Of a stretch of DNA of 64,000 nt, positions 62,984 to 64,000 are shown one piece after another. The first letter of the stretch is position 1. The number at the start of each line of letters is the position of its first letter. The position numbers and the translations under genes were made by a program. The notes under the pieces were generated by a model, which saw only the letters and a program-made list of their open reading frames with translations, was not told where the DNA came from and ran no database searches. The stretch comes from a bacterium (GTDB taxonomy: Bacteria; Patescibacteriota; Minisyncoccia; Phycocordibacterales; Phycocordibacteraceae), in assembly GCA_021784815.1 (NCBI GenBank), contig JAJYHK010000019.1, positions 48,726-112,725 on the forward strand, in the 5' to 3' direction.

Positions 62984-63914
62984 CCGATGTCGAGATTGCG
63001 TAGCGGGACGCGCTCATGGACAGGCGCGCGGCGCGCGCGTATCGGTACAGCTCAATGAGCGCCACGCCGATCGGCACCAAGAGGAGCGCGGCCGGGACGC
63101 GCAAATCGGGATGCAGTCCGGAAAGCGCTGGTACCTGGGACGAAAGATAGGGGAGGTACGCGAGCGTGGAGGCAGTGACCACGAGTACGGGCACGTATGC
63201 GCGTCGCGGCACGAAGAACGCAAATAGGGTGGAAATGAAATCGGCGAGGTAGAAGTAACGCTCATGCATGCGTGGCAGGAAGTAAGGAAGGAGGAGGACT
63301 GCAGCGAACGATAGCACGAGCAGCGCGCGCGGCGTAAGCGCTCGGAGACGCCAGACAAGGACCATGATGCCAAACGCGATTACGCCCGCCACGATGATGC
63401 CGAGCCAGAACAGCATGCTTGTAGTCTGGGCCGATAGCCGAAGCGGTTGCGCGAAGGCGAAGATGCTCTGAGCCGAAACGGAGAGGTAGGGGTATTGCCC
63501 CATTTCTTTCAGGTAGATGAGGAGCCAGTACCGCAGGTTGCCGCTCCCAAGCCAGGCGGGGAGCACCGAGAGGATAAATACCGCCGGCGGTACGAATACA
63601 TACCAGCGAGTCTGGCGCCAGCGGAGCAAGTAGCCGACCAGCATAGGTGCAAAAAAGATCGCCTGTATCTTCACGGATAGGGCGACCCCGAACGCACACG
63701 CGGCCCAAAAGGGCGCTCCAGCAAGCAGAGCCCATAGGCTAAAGAGTACGCCGGAGGTGTAAAGAGCGTCGGATTGGCCCCAGAGTGTGCTGTTCATTAT
63801 GACGGTCGGCAAGATAAAGAGTACGGTCGCTGCAAACATGCGCCCCCCTTTGCGCCTCGAGCGCCGGCACGTATCGGAGAATGCGGTATGCGACGAATGC
63901 GTTAGCCGCGTCAA
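62964..63914 (-). CDS. polytopic membrane glycosyltransferase-like protein (GT87/DUF2029-like), N-terminus disrupted by an apparent frameshift
   Basis: Many TM segments. The N-terminal hydrophobic continuation lies in another frame (63739-64000+), with a C6 homopolymer at 63843-63848. Confidence 0.5.
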   Translation of the reverse strand: MTRLTHSSHTAFSDTCRRSRRKGGRMFAATVLFILPTVIMNSTLWGQSDALYTSGVLFSLWALLAGAPFWAACAFGVALSVKIQAIFFAPMLVGYLLRWRQTRWYVFVPPAVFILSVLPAWLGSGNLRYWLLIYLKEMGQYPYLSVSAQSIFAFAQPLRLSAQTTSMLFWLGIIVAGVIAFGIMVLVWRLRALTPRALLVLSFAAVLLLPYFLPRMHERYFYLADFISTLFAFFVPRRAYVPVLVVTASTLAYLPYLSSQVPALSGLHPDLRVPAALLLVPIGVALIELYRYARAARLSMSASRYAISTSVKKLVL

Positions 63915-64000
63915 AAAGCACCGAGAGGGTCTTGACGCTATAGAGGCTCGATGAACCGATATAAGTGAGTACCTTGAGGAGATAGAGATAGAGCGGTGCG

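Overview
GC-rich bacterial chromosomal window (roughly mid-60s % GC by eye, so most antisense and overlapping ORFs in the track are spurious). Contents in order:

- **Housekeeping:** 3' two-thirds of rpoC (ends 3514), then dnaG and rpoD (3913-6901).
- **hyf/ech-like membrane complex:** a six-gene operon (6929-14081) whose two 'catalytic' subunits have lost every metal-ligating cysteine. This is the most unusual feature of the window.
- **DNA/RNA/translation genes:** a UvrD-type helicase with a C-terminal RecB-family nuclease domain. On the minus strand, one block reading hemK/prmC, ydbS/ydbT-like, hisS, 3'-5' exonuclease, dsbA-like.
- **Low-GC orphan and RRM protein:** a low-GC orphan gene (22163-22561) and an RRM-type RNA-binding protein gene.
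- **Surface and efflux:** two repeat-rich secreted proteins (one with a peptidoglycan-binding domain). A MacB-type ABC efflux operon bracketed by two DUF5666-like secreted proteins.
- **Singletons:** FAD-linked oxidase, SurA_N-like protein, DUF45/M48 peptidase, a large secreted PGAP1/LCAT-like lipase, GST, PIF1/RecD helicase.
- **alpha-glucan locus:** HAD phosphatase, GH15, GH57 and a GT4/5 glycosyltransferase.
- **Small-molecule metabolism and redox:** panD, a PLP enzyme, a DUF302-glutaredoxin fusion with ArsR.
- **Respiration:** a cyoABCDE-type quinol oxidase operon and a PAP2 phosphatase.
- **tRNA cluster:** five tRNAs (Ala-GGC, Pro-CGG, Val-CAC, Pro-GGG, Ala-CGC), a nested-palindrome MITE-like element and a low-GC remnant.
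- **Window end:** an RNHCP zinc-finger protein; an Ig-repeat LPNTG protein separated by a single in-frame TAG from a sortase; a frameshifted GT87-like membrane protein.

Several strong GC-rich hairpin terminators are visible. No rRNA, CRISPR or intact mobile element was seen.
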